Counted from the stretch's first letter, positions 1 to 12,432 are shown. The stretch: 64,000 nucleotides of DNA from Adineta vaga (GCA_021613535.1 CP075495.1:3224001-3288000), one strand, 5' to 3'. The notes: generated by a model not told the origin, from the sequence alone. Translations and numbers: made by a program.

Positions 1-363
1 ATCAATGAAAATTTCAAGTTATCATCTCTGATTTCTATCGAAGAAGTTGAGCAGTCTATTGGTTTATTTTCTGACACTAATGTTTCAACTCAGAATATCA
101 TTCAACATTTACCGAGCGAAGATCCATCTGAAACAACGATAGCGGAAGACGAAAATTTTGTATATCATCGAACTATTGAAGAAATCATGGCTGAATCAGA
201 TATATCGATTGATGAATCGATGGATTCAACAGAAAAAACTTCAATCTTGAATTCCGATTCAAAATTCAATATCAAACAGTTTGAAACTGACCTTGCTGAT
301 ATGAATGCAAAATCAAAAGATCTCGAAAAGATGATCGATAGGTTTTTGTTGCTGGAAAACTAA
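1..363 (+). CDS. 3' end of an unknown acidic protein (partial, runs off window start)
   Basis: Frame 1 is open from base 1 to TAA at 361-363 (INENFKLSS...FETDLADMNAKSKDLEKMIDRFLLLEN*); no recognisable domain. Confidence 0.55.
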   Translation: MNENFKLSSLISIEEVEQSIGLFSDTNVSTQNIIQHLPSEDPSETTIAEDENFVYHRTIEEIMAESDISIDESMDSTEKTSILNSDSKFNIKQFETDLADMNAKSKDLEKMIDRFLLLEN

Positions 364-574
364 ACTAGTATTTCAATTTGTTAAAAAAATCACCAATCAA
401 TTTCTTAAAACCTATGAATGAGTGAATCATTTGCTTTTCAAGGGGGTGCGGACGACACAACACCCCTTCTGTTCTGTTTCTTTCAGTGTCTTACTGCTTG
501 TATGTTATCCAACCTATTTATATTTCTTTTTTTAACTTTTAAGATATTATTTCATATTCATACTATTATTAAAC

Positions 575-1262
575 ATGAGTACCTTACGAGCTAAAGCTGT
601 CCTAATTGGTGATGAAGTTCATGTAGCTGGAAATAAAGATCAATGGGGTCGTGGAGGAGCAACATCAAGTGATGGACAAGCTAGTACTTCAGTTGGTTCA
701 TCAAAAAAACCAGTCTTTGGTATAATTGAATTTGAACAACAAGGTGACACTGTTGTCATCACAGGAAAAATCGAAGGTCTCGGAGAAAACAGTCAACATG
801 GTTTTCATATTCATGAATTTGGTGATGTCAGTAATGTGAGTATATTTCTTTCTTTTTAATAAAATCATCGTTATCGATGAGAATCTATTTTTAAGGGTTG
901 TACATCTGCTGGTCCACATTTTAATCCACATAAAAAACAACACGCTGGTCCAGATGATGCTGATCGGTAGGAGTGATTAGTTTGAGTATATATTTCTTCG
1001 ACTACAATCTGTACGTTTTTGTAGACATATTGGTGATTTAGGAAATATTCAAACTGATGCCAGTGGTGTAGCTAATGTAAACATTAAAGACAAAATGATT
1101 TCTCTTCAAGGCGAACATTCAATTCTTGGTCGTTGTTTGGTTGTTCATGAAAAACCAGATGATTTAGGTCGTGGTGGTGATGATGAATCGAAAAAGACCG
1201 GTAATGCTGGTAAACGTTTAGCTTGTGGTATTGTTGGTACAGTTAATCCAGAAAAAAAGTAA
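575..1262 (+). CDS. SOD1: Cu/Zn superoxide dismutase, 3 exons (575-835, 896-966, 1025-1262), 189 aa
   Basis: Spliced product has [44 protein letters not shown] and [10 protein letters not shown]. All Cu/Zn ligands, both disulfide Cys and the catalytic Arg are present. Introns are GT-AG. Confidence 0.97.
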
Positions 1263-1756
1263 TACAATTACTCAGACAATCGATTCGATCAAAATTGTCT
1301 TAGTTCACTTCTTTTCGATCCGTTTGTAATCGTATTTTTTTTTCGTTGTATTTTATTTTAAATATACTAGCTAAACTATATCTTATTCTTTTACTGATGA
1401 CTGTATGCTCAAAAATGAAAAGAAACGAATATTTCATTTGTTTCAATTTGTATCATGAAGATAAGAAAAAGTCTAACTCAAATATATTGTGCTCTTGATC
1501 TAGTGATTTATTTAAGCGACATTATTTTAGATTGGAATAAAAAAACTGTTTATTCCAATGTATGGTAAAATATGGATTCCATCATAGAAACAGCTGAAAA
1601 ATTATGTTGTTTCGTCAGACTGAGAGCAAAGGAAATCAATTGATGGATGTAATTCAATTCAGAAAATTTATTCTCAACTGAAATTCTTTAGAAAAATAGT
1701 TGAAATTATTTCGAATTATTCAACTTTTTAGATAAAGAAGAATCTCGAATCAACGG

Positions 1757-2260
1757 ATGCCTAGCCAACAAGATTCGGTTACAGTTCGAGCTGTATGTGT
1801 ACTTAAAAATGGCGAAAATAATAATATTCAAGGAGTCATACGTTTTGCACAAATGATTGGAATGAATCAAATGAAAATCACTGGAGAATTACAAGGTTTA
1901 CCAACGGATCGTAAACTTACTTTTCGTATACATGAATATGGAGATTTAAGTAGTGGTATGACATCAACTGGTGGACGATTTAATCCAGATATAAAAGTTC
2001 CAAGTACATCCAAAGATCAAACATATACTATGGAAGGCGAATATGGTAATTTTCAAGTTAGTCCAGAAGGTCATGCAAAAATCGATTTGATTGATAAACG
2101 TTTAACTTTATTTGGTCCTTCATCAATTATTGGACGATCCGTTGTTATTACTGATGAAAAAGAAGAAGATTTTACACGTATAGAAACAGACGAAAATAAA
2201 GGAACAGTAACAACTCCAACGAATCGTTTAGCTGCTGGTGTTATTGGTATTTGTCAATGA
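1757..2260 (+). CDS. Intronless Cu/Zn SOD-fold protein lacking most metal ligands (pseudo-SOD)
   Basis: RAVCVL, FRIHEYGDLSSGMTSTGGRFNP, GEYGN, SIIGRSVVI and RLAAGVIGI align to SOD1, but most His/Asp ligands and both disulfide Cys are replaced. Confidence 0.9.
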   Translation: MPSQQDSVTVRAVCVLKNGENNNIQGVIRFAQMIGMNQMKITGELQGLPTDRKLTFRIHEYGDLSSGMTSTGGRFNPDIKVPSTSKDQTYTMEGEYGNFQVSPEGHAKIDLIDKRLTLFGPSSIIGRSVVITDEKEEDFTRIETDENKGTVTTPTNRLAAGVIGICQ

Positions 2261-2391
2261 ATATAAGCTCATTAAATAGATACATTTATACATATTTCAT
2301 ATTTTCTTTTTATGAATAATTCATTCCGTCCAATTCTTTCTTTCTTTTTTCTTTTCGTTTTTGTTTTTGTAGATAGAGTATTCTCTATTTA

Positions 2392-3158
2392 ATGGCTTCT
2401 TCAGATAGAACTTCTCGAGCTCCTGCAGTATTGACATTCTCGTACAGGTTTGCTTTCCCAATAAACCTTATCTTAAATCATCTATCTATCAATTTACAGT
2501 TGCTGTATCAGATCATAATCCTGCTGATCATGATGGAACATTACATCAAATTGTTGAACGTACTCTCCATGAAATTACTCTATTAAGTCCACAAAAACAA
2601 GCTGCTATCGGTGGTCTTTCAGGCATGTAAGTATTCTATTATTTCGAACTCATCGACGACAACGTATTATTCATCATATAGAGCAACAGGATATTGTTTT
2701 GCAAAAGCTAGTAAAGCAGTTGCATTCACTATTGGTGCATCTATTCTTGCCTTAGCTGTAAGTCAAAATTAAATTCATTCACTTGTCGATCGTTTCTTAT
2801 TTAGATTGCTAAACAATCTGGTTATATTGATATTCATTTCGATCGAATTCGTGATACAGCACAACAACAATTGCATCATATTCAACGTGCAGCAATATCT
2901 ACTCTTCCACAATCAACTACAACTAATGTTGATGGAGAAGAAATTGAAACATTTGTTGATCAATCATCAAATGGTATTGTTGATCACGTAAGTTTCCTTC
3001 CTTCCTTCCTTCCTTCCTTCCTTCCTTCCTCCTTTTCAATCATATCTTCTTCATTGATCTTTAAAATCAACTTTTAGTTGAAAACTTTCGCAATGGCAAA
3101 TTTAGCAATTACATCATCATTCATTGGTGGTTTCCTTCTCGGTGTCGCTTTTGAATAA
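2392..3158 (+). CDS. FUNDC1: FUN14-domain mitochondrial outer membrane protein (FUNDC1/2-like); 5' end unresolved
   Basis: Spliced exons give QKQAAIGGLSGIATGYCFAKASKAVAFTIG...IAKQSGYIDIHFDRI...ANLAITSSFIGGFLLGVAFE*, matching the FUN14 family. The exon 1/2 phase is inconsistent (see findings). Confidence 0.85.
2994..3029 (+). repeat. (TTCC)9 microsatellite in the last FUNDC intron
   Basis: Nine perfect TTCC copies read directly. Confidence 0.95.
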
Positions 3159-3351
3159 CAAATCGAAAAAAAAAACAAAGAAGATTTCAAAGTATCTTTC
3201 ATATATATGTTTTCTTTTTTTTCATATTTATTTTGTAACTCGTATAAATTGTATACTGATGATTTAGTAAACAAGCCTGAAAAATGTATTTTTTATTCAA
3301 TCTAGACGTTAAACAATTGTAGATATTAGTTTTTTTCTTCTTCAAAATATA

Positions 3352-3963
3352 ATGTCAAAACATTTTGATCAATGGAAACATGATGCTCTTGCAATGGATA
3401 AAGAAGATTTATCACGGAAACATTCCATCGATGATTATATTGTTAATCTAATCAATCAAATTAATAATCATCCAGATTATTATACGAGTTCATCATGTTC
3501 AGGTCGAACAATTGTATTTACTACTTCAGCAATTGTAACTTCATCAACGAAAAGTGATTGTCAATGGTTATATGTTACACATGAACAAGCAGATTTAAAT
3601 ACTATACTTGAATGTCTCGAACAACGATCGAAAGATATTGATATGATTTCAATTAAATTCGAAGCATTTATTCTTCATATTATTTGTCGAACATTAGAAT
3701 GTGCAAAAGTTCTATTAAATATTGCTCTTGAATGTGGTTATAGAAATTCTGGTTTAGTCATGTCAAATCAAGGAAAAATTACATTAGCAATACGTTCAAC
3801 ACATGCACTCGAAGTACCGATTGTCATTGATGGATGTTTATGTGTTGATCAAAATTATATTACAAAGATTGTTGCAATTGCAAATGAAAAAATGACAGCA
3901 AATATGGCTAAAATTGATAAATTTAGTCTCTGTGTTGCTAAGAAATTTACGATAACAACATAA
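3352..3963 (+). CDS. TYW3: tRNA wybutosine-synthesizing protein 3 (methyltransferase), intronless
   Basis: DLSRKHSID, YYTSSSCSGR, WLYVTHE, KFEAFILHI, GYRNSG and LAIRSTHALEVP motifs. Confidence 0.95.
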   Translation: MSKHFDQWKHDALAMDKEDLSRKHSIDDYIVNLINQINNHPDYYTSSSCSGRTIVFTTSAIVTSSTKSDCQWLYVTHEQADLNTILECLEQRSKDIDMISIKFEAFILHIICRTLECAKVLLNIALECGYRNSGLVMSNQGKITLAIRSTHALEVPIVIDGCLCVDQNYITKIVAIANEKMTANMAKIDKFSLCVAKKFTITT

Positions 3964-6900
3964 AATTGTTTTGTATAATTTATATTAAAAAAAAATAAAA
4001 ATTTTCTTGTTATTGATCGTTTAATCGATAATCAATTATTTTTCGAACGCATTCATGAATAATGAAGTGATCTTTACTTGAAGATCTTAAATTCAGTAGA
4101 AAATGAATAAGTATTCAAATGTTACGATTACAAAGAACTTTTTATATTTCTAGAACGAAGATTGAGAAAGAATCTACTCGAATATAATAATCTTATTCCT
4201 CTAGTAGACTGTAAATTCTAACCGTAGGGGTTGTTTTCATTGCAATTTCTTTTCTATGAGTCTTCTATATCATAAACTTTATGTGTTTTTAATTTCCGTA
4301 TTAAACTACTTTCTACTTCATTAAACTTTTATATTCATTTAGCTTCAAACAGTTCATTTCAATAAAATACCATCTAGAATACTCTCTTGTTCATTAGGTC
4401 GAAAGAGTTTCAATCGTCATTGAAACTAAGATTTTCATGTTTGCACATTGATATTAATATTTATATTATTAAAATTAGATTAGCTATCTTTTTCTATTCT
4501 TATTCTAACAACGAAAGGAAATGTAATATGAATGTGTCAAAAAGACTTTTGCATTGTCAAACAAAGACAGAATATTCCAATGACGTACACAAATAGAAAA
4601 ATGATTTACTTTACTCTTTGTTTGATTCCAAAAAAAGAAATAATATCCAAGACGATAAGTGCCTCTCATCTATGGCAGTGCAAGCTTATTTAGTTATAGC
4701 ATAGAAAATCCTAAAGTTGAAATCTGACTTTATAATCTTCTTATGTGAGAAAAGATATTTATATACGTTTCCTACAAAGTGTTCCAAAATAATCTAAAGA
4801 ATGAATTTCTCATCAGAAAATATAGAAGATACTTCTTATGCATTCTTCATTTTAAAATTCATGAATAAAACATGCATCAGAATGTTTCTCGTAATAGTTG
4901 TTAAATACTGCGCAAATCTGTTTTACCTCGAGAAGAAAAGAGTAAGTCATTTAAGGTCAATCATGTAGTTCTTAGTGCAAAAATTCTATTGAGAATGCTT
5001 GAATAATTTTGTTTCTATTTAGTAATACGTAAAATATCTTTTATTTAATTTCATATTTTTTTCTCGAATATAAATGTGTAAGTATGTTTCATTGTTTTTT
5101 GTTTTGTTTTGTCTAAACACCTGGTTTTGTTCGCCTGATAGGCAATGAATATCAAAGGTGAGTTAGTAATAAGTGATGTTCACAGTGTTTTTTCTACTGT
5201 CTCATCCCTGAAACTGGCTAGATACCATGATTATTTCTGCAGGAGATTATCTAAAAGCTTTTCCTTCTTGTTTACATTGCTGAATTGATGTTCATAAATG
5301 TCCTTGTTAAATGATTTAAGAATACAAAATCTTCTCTTTTCTCGAAATAAGAAAAAAACCTTTAATTGAGTAGGTGGATATCATCCTCGTGTATGATTTT
5401 AATTAACTGAATTAGTAAGAGACATATTTTACGTTACAAACCATTGTTCATTATCTTGAGTAGCTTGCTCTACTAATGCATTTCCGTTGTATAGAATTGC
5501 TGTCGATCTATAGACACAGCAAGAAAAAACAAAAAAAAATCGACGTTCAGATAGAAAATATAATTATGTCAGTTCGTTTCTTTTCCAAGTTCTTTTTCTT
5601 TATTTTGATCTGTTAGAATATTCAATAAACAGGTAATTGCATTATCATAAAACTAGTCAGGTATTATCGTTCTTTATTGCACTGAATTCATAATTGTTCT
5701 ATTCAGGTTATTTCATTAGAAATGTGTGAGAATATCTTCAAATGACAATCGTAGATAAGTTTTTACGCTCTTTCTTTGTTAATAGACTCGAGACATAAAG
5801 AACACATGTTCCTGACATGCACTGAATTGTTTTTTTATAGCACTATCTTTGAGTCTATAAACTTATAGATAATTATAGTCATTTTTTGATACTAGAAGGA
5901 AATGTGACACTGAAAAATCATATTCGAATAGTTTAGTCTTTTTTTCTTCTTCTTTCTATTCAATGAAATGTGTCATTCGAAAGAAAATCAATTTGAAAAT
6001 GTGAAAATAAAATTTTATTGAATTTCCTTTTATACTTTTCCATGTAACAGATGATTACAGAAACTTTTTCTTTTTTGCCATAGAATCAAAAAAAAGCACG
6101 AAATAATTAATTTTCAATTTAATAATGAATAAGAAAAGAAAGCGCAAGAAAAAGTTCTCATCATCTACCCTACTCATTACTCGGCATCTTGACTGGAAAC
6201 TAAATTATATTCTAGAGAAAGACTATGATTTTCTTGTTATTTGCACAATTGATTCTGACGGGTGTATATGATATCGTTTTGAAATGTATATATATATATA
6301 TATATCGATTATACTCTATCTATTATTTACGCTAGATAGAAAAAATGAGTTCGAAAGAGAAAGAGAGAAAAAAATACACATTCGCGTTCTCTTTACGCCG
6401 AGAAATAGACCTTTATTTTTTTATGAATTAGATCTTTTCTATTCTTATCCGGAAAACTCTTATCAGCAAATGAATTTACTTCATTTTTACTATTGAATGA
6501 GAAAATCAAATGTAAGAAACTAATAATGTCATTTGTATTGACGTTCTTATCATAGTTTTATATACTTTTATTAAGAAACTATCTGTATATATCGATTTGA
6601 TTTGTTTTATCTCCGTTAGTTTGTTTGTATATGAAGAAAAATAGATAAGACGAAATGAATGCAATTGCCGTCTTTACAACGTTAAAAGAACGAGAGAATG
6701 AGAAACGACAAAAAAAAGTAACACTTCTATGTTCCGATGAAGATTTTTCAGTTAGTAATTGACGCTTTTTCTCTATTCTCATTTTCTCTTTTTTGTTGAT
6801 TAGTATCAACAGTTAAGATAAAAAGTAAATTCTTTTTTTGGAACTGCTCATTTTTCTTTGAAATAACTATCATTTTTGACGTTTTACGCCTCCACAGAAT

Positions 6901-7336
6901 TTTCTTACCCGATTTGTTTTTACACAGATACCTAGTATGAACACGATAATTTCTCATGAGAGAATAATTTCATTTAACATTCAAGAGTCTAATTAATTCG
7001 TCGAAAAAATTTGAAGAAAATAAAAGATCGATTTATTACGTTAATAAGGAAAGGTAATGAATAGAAAGAGCATGACAACTTGAAAAAATAAGTCTAAAAG
7101 AAAACTTTTTGATTATTATAGTCGACAATCTTTTATGGAATAGTAAAGAAAAATCCTTTTGACAATGATAGATGACATGTCTCTGTCTTTTATTTTTCTT
7201 CTCACGATTAAATGAAGGAAATTGTAGATCAAATATTTTTCGCACACGCATCGTCTACTCATTATCGAACGTACTCGAATTGCGAACCTACAAAATAAAA
7301 AGATACACGCAACATTTATTTCACGCTTTCTAGATC

Positions 7337-8717
7337 ATGAATATCACCGACAATATGACAGGAATGACTACAAATTCTTCGATGGATTCATCGAATGTTC
7401 TACTTCATGTATCAATTTGGTCGTTACGTATTGTTTGTCCATTATTTCTCATCGTTTGTCCCATATCAAATTGGGCATGTATACGAACATTTCAATCGAA
7501 AATCTATGCTCGATCATCTTCAAAATGGTATTTTATATTTATTGCTATATTCGATACCATATATGTCGTTATCACAGCACCATTACTATTTCTAATAACA
7601 TTACAAATTTACATTCTCAATTGGAATGTATTTCTTTGTAAATCCATTGTTTTTTTTAATTATTTATCATGTCAAATTTCTGCTGGTTTATTAGCATGTT
7701 TATCTATTGATCGTCTATTTGCTACATCATGTATATCATTATATCGTCGAAATTGTACGACGAATTTTTCATGTACAATCTGTTTTATTGTTATAGGAAT
7801 GTTTTCAATTGTTAATTCACATTATTTAATTGGATATACCATCGATTCCAATCAATTTTGTAGTACAAGATATTATAGATGGTATGACGATATTTATTCA
7901 CGTTTAAATATTGTTTATCTCTTATCTTATTCAATTATTCCATTTACAATCATAACAATATGTAATATATTAATTGTTATCAGTGTTGGACAAAATAAAG
8001 CGAATATGAAGAAAAAATATCGAAGTAATAAACCGATTTTAGCATCAACTATTCAACAAGATCAAATAACAACACCGAATGATTCAACTGCTAACTGTGA
8101 TAAACCATCAACAGTAATGAAATTTCGAACATGTTCAATCGAGAATAATTCTGAACATAGACATGATACATTCGTATCAATAACTGACAATAAAACAACC
8201 AATACTTCACTTCTTACGAATGGTAAATATTTCCGTACGATGAATAGTAGAATTTTCATTGAATTTAATATCTTTCATATTTCTAGTTGATGGATCAAAT
8301 CATCGAATGATTGTTGCATCAACTAATTCATCTGACATCATAGTAAATTCGTCCGAACAAAGACGACGATCATTACCTACATATCGTGATCGTTCATCAT
8401 CATCAACTTACATTTCCTCATCTATATCACAAGCCGGAAGTTCTCAGAAAATGTGTGTACAATTACAGATTACAATAAGTTTATTAACTGTTTCGATCTG
8501 TTTTATTCTATGTACATTACCAAATTGTGTATCAACCATAATGATACAGGCATACATAAATGATGAACGTAATCGACGCTTTTGGCAAGCTATGAATTTC
8601 TTATCGATCATTCCATTATTAATTACACATTCAGTTAATTTAATGTTTTATTATATATCATCGAAAATGTTTCGTCAACGTTTCAAAGAACATTATTTTA
8701 AGAAACAAATGAAATAG
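7337..8717 (+). CDS. Class A (rhodopsin-like) peptide-type GPCR, intron 8223-8286, long third intracellular loop
   Basis: Seven hydrophobic segments; LCK...LSIDRLFA (DRY-like), FILCTLP in TM6, THSVNLMFYYISSKMFR in TM7/H8. Confidence 0.9.
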
Positions 8718-9344
8718 AAAAAATTTCTTTTATATTTTATGGAGGAAACGTTTTTCAATGTTGTCATGTTTCTTTTCTTTTTTTCTCTCCATTTCTTCTG
8801 CCCAAGACATCATCAAATGTTACTTTCTCGTCTTTGTCTTCTTAGTTTTCTAATTAAATAAGTAGAAAGACGTTCTTTAATGACATTGCATGCAATTATT
8901 AAAATGAAATTATAATTTCTTTTTCTTTTTGTTGAACACATCTCAGTTTTCTATCTTTCACTACTATCAATTTAGGTCATGCTATGATATGAGAAATTTG
9001 ATTTCTCGTTTTTGTTTAATTAACTGCAACCATGGAGTAGAAGTACAGAGTAAATAAGGAATGCATGATTAAATTTACTTTGAACGAGCAAATAATATGC
9101 ATTTGTTATTGATTTCACTCGAATAAATACATTCAACAAGCAGTAAATCAGACTTACACGGCGAGATAATCGTTCATATAGATGTTTATTCAGGCATCGG
9201 GAAAAATCTTTTCTATCTTTATGCAAAATATACAATCTGCTATTTTATGATTGAAATCACAAGAAAAGAATAATGTGTTTTTTTTCTTCTTTTCTGTTCG
9301 TTTGATGTTAAATATAGAAAATTTGATATTTGTTTGATGAATTT

Positions 9345-9896
9345 TTAGAAAAAAATAAAAGATATTATTGATAAACATAATAGCATAATAAATAGAAAGA
9401 TACTAAAACTAAGAAAAAACAAATGTTTTGATGTCAATTGAACCCTTGATCGGTTGTATGTTGTTACTTGTTCGAGTGTTAAATACTGACGTTGAATATT
9501 ATCTTCATCGAGAATTGTAATAGTCGATAATTGTTTTGGAAGAATTTCATCTCCAGCACCGATTCGTTTTATTAAATCATTTGTTCTATTCATATTTGTA
9601 TCAGTAATAATAGGTTGGGAAACATGAATAATTGAATGAGTTAACAAGTGAGAATAGTCACTTGTCAGAAGAGCACTTTCTATACGATTGGCATGAAGAT
9701 TTGTCTGAGAATTTTTCTCTTGAATGAAAGCAGCATAGAAATCAGTAGTTCGAAGATTTATAGAACTTTGTATTGAACGTGAGAGAAAGTTTCGATCTTC
9801 ATTGATTTCATTTCTATTTCGATTAAAATATGAATGTCGATTTTCGCAAGTTGAATAGAACGAAGAAAAAGAAGAAGAGATTTTTATTGATTGCAT
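9345..9896 (-). CDS. Hypothetical protein with C-terminal hydrophobic anchor (start uncertain; frame open to 10073)
   Basis: 242-codon open frame in ~70% AT DNA; first ATG after a low-complexity stretch is at 9896; no recognised domain. Confidence 0.4.
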   Translation of the reverse strand: MQSIKISSSFSSFYSTCENRHSYFNRNRNEINEDRNFLSRSIQSSINLRTTDFYAAFIQEKNSQTNLHANRIESALLTSDYSHLLTHSIIHVSQPIITDTNMNRTNDLIKRIGAGDEILPKQLSTITILDEDNIQRQYLTLEQVTTYNRSRVQLTSKHLFFLSFSIFLFIMLLCLSIISFIFF

Positions 9897-11451
9897 AGAT
9901 AGAAAATGAAATCGAAAAATTAGAAGATGATTGATCGATGAATGTATTGTATTAGTAAGGAAAATGAACAACAACAACAACAACAAGATAAGATAAGATA
10001 ATGAGTGATGAGAGATTGAAGTGAAAGTGACAATGAAAAGAGGAACATAGACGCACATTGGCAAGATGAACAAGTAAATATATACCCGCCAGATTGTATT
10101 AATTTTTATTGAAATAGAAAAAATTCAATATTAAATATTTTTAATTAAAAAATATGTTTAATTGACGCATAAATATATCTTCTATTTTAAATCAATGATA
10201 AATAGTTTGTCGGTAACATCAACAATTTTTTTATGCTAAATTTGAATATCTTTAATCTATATTGCATAAACTTGTTATCGGATTAAAAATAAATAAATTA
10301 ATATTTCTTCTATTGATGTTCTTGCGTGCAGAATGATATTCAAGTCATGCACATAAGTTGGTATTAGTTCCGACAGAGATTATTTGGAATAAATATTATA
10401 ATATTAAATATCGGATGTTTTTTTTATTGAATAATATTCTATTGCATATGTTTCGATAAAGAAAAAAAAGTGATGTTTGCTTTTTAATAACTTAATAATT
10501 TATGTATGTAGTGTCATACCTATAGCATTCTTTATCTTTTCCAAGATTTAAAAGAATATAATGATTCTAACAGATTCTATTTCCGTTTTTGATAATGGTA
10601 CTTTGACTGCTTGCTTGCCTACATTTCATGAAATATTGCAGACTCTAGTGCAAACAGATATCAATACTATACTCAAAACTATATAAGTGAATATTCGAGG
10701 ACGATGATGAATCATGAAATACACTTTCAAAGATAGTAGAAATATTCATCGAATCGAATTTAGAAAAGAAATTGGGTTAAAAAATATCATTTACAGGAAA
10801 TATTTACAATCAATGGGTACTCGCTTCTATATCCTTTGCAATATTAGAATAGTTTTCATTATCAAGAGAAAGCAATTTGAAACTAGTTAAAATATGCTAT
10901 TATTCCTTTTTTACACCTGTCATATGACATACATAATAAATATAGGACGTCAATACACTAGTGTATAGTCTAATAGATGTACTTCGATGACAAACAATGT
11001 ACGTAGTGAGAAATGATTCTAGTCATGAAAACTATCATCATGTGCTGCATGATATTTTTGATATACAATTGCTTGTCACAGTATGTATTTGATCATTCAA
11101 CTGGGATTACTAAATGTCTTCATATATCAAGAATGAAATATCATGTTAACTTGAATTATTGTTTATGTACTCAGAATAGGCAAGTAATAACTGATTAGAA
11201 ATGAATTGTTTTTCTTCTGAGTCCATTATAAAAATGAAATGGCAGAATCTTTTTCTACTTGCTTTTAATCATTCAAATAATGAAAATTGAATCGTTATAG
11301 CTAATCTGATCATATATTTATCGATGCGACAAAAACCAGTCAAATAACAAATAAAAACACTGAAAAATCTGACAGAGTTTTAAACACAAACAAATGAAAT
11401 AAATAATACATAGCTAGAAAAAAATCGTGCACATGGACAAATGAATTATGT

Positions 11452-12432
11452 TCATTTACGATTGTTGCGCAATCGTTTTTTGATTGGTATACTTTCTTCT
11501 GAAGCTGAAAAGAATGGTGGTGATTCACTATCATCACTTGAAGTGATTACATCTTGTGTTGGACCACGTCGTTTCATTTCATTGTTGTTCGTTTGAGTGG
11601 ATTGATCATTGAAAGATTTTGGTTCAGGTAAAATATATTGAAAATCTAATTCTGTTTGTAACGTTTCATCGTCTCCAAATGATAATAACCATGTACGCAA
11701 TTCATCAATCTACATATGAAAATCGGATATAGAAATATAATCTCGATTTAAATTTAATACTCACTTTACGACGATCATCATTACTAAATGTGTAAGAAAA
11801 ACTACTTTGTGCAATGGGTTTATAGTTTCTATCATCTAGACCATCAAATATCAGCCTACAAAAGAATTATAAATTTACTTTAACAATCCAACAAAGTGAA
11901 ATTAAACCTACCAACTATAATAATTTGAAGATTTCATTTGAATACAACCACTTTCCGGTTTATAAGGTGTAATCTATTTGACACAAATCAATTAGAGATA
12001 TTGTCTTACAAAAGATGACTCACTTTCATACGATGCAAACGTATTATATATCCAATTTCAATATCTTTAGGAAGCTCAATCATACCAGCAAATGATTCAC
12101 GATATAAAAGACAACTGACACCTTTTGGACCTAAAATAAATTTAAAAAATACATGAAAAACTTCTACATCTTCAATTTTACCTTTTCCATACGATGTTGG
12201 ATCACATATACCTAATAACATGCAATTATCATTGATTTCACGTCGAAATTTTACAACACCATAAAAACACCATTTAGCACCACTTGGTTGATCCAATTGA
12301 TATAATTCTTTTATTGTTTTATATTCATACTATGTAACAATAATGATGATATAAACCATTTAGTTTTCTTTTATCACATACTTTCTTCGGTAGTTCATTT
12401 GTAGTCACAGTTGTTAATTGTCTGACTGGCAT
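11452..12432 (-). CDS. POT1-like telomere ssDNA-binding protein with a single OB fold, 6 exons, ~238 aa
   Basis: YEYKTIKEL..FYGVVKF..ICDPT..VSCLLY..LPKDIEIGYIIRLHRMKITPYK..LIFDG..YTFSNDDRRKIDELRTW matches POT1 OB1 (YGVVKF, GDIVRFHRLK, FTTEDHKMVEALRVW). All introns are GT-AG and in phase. Confidence 0.85.

Noticed and set aside
1757-2260. Calling the second SOD-fold gene the copper chaperone CCS
   Set aside because: No N-terminal MXCXXC domain, no C-terminal CXC, and an in-frame stop just upstream of the ATG excludes an extra coding exon at the 1731 acceptor.
4000-7300. Short ORFs and a loosely repeated TGC(AC)TGAATT motif (~5278, ~5678, ~5818) upstream of GPCR1
   Set aside because: The ORFs are K/F/I/N-rich, as expected from AT-rich non-coding DNA. 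The motif is too short and degenerate to support.
10100-11300. Gene-free stretch considered as a transposon relic or as further POT1 exons
   Set aside because: No terminal inverted repeats, target-site duplication, transposase/RT motif or OB-like exon was found by eye.
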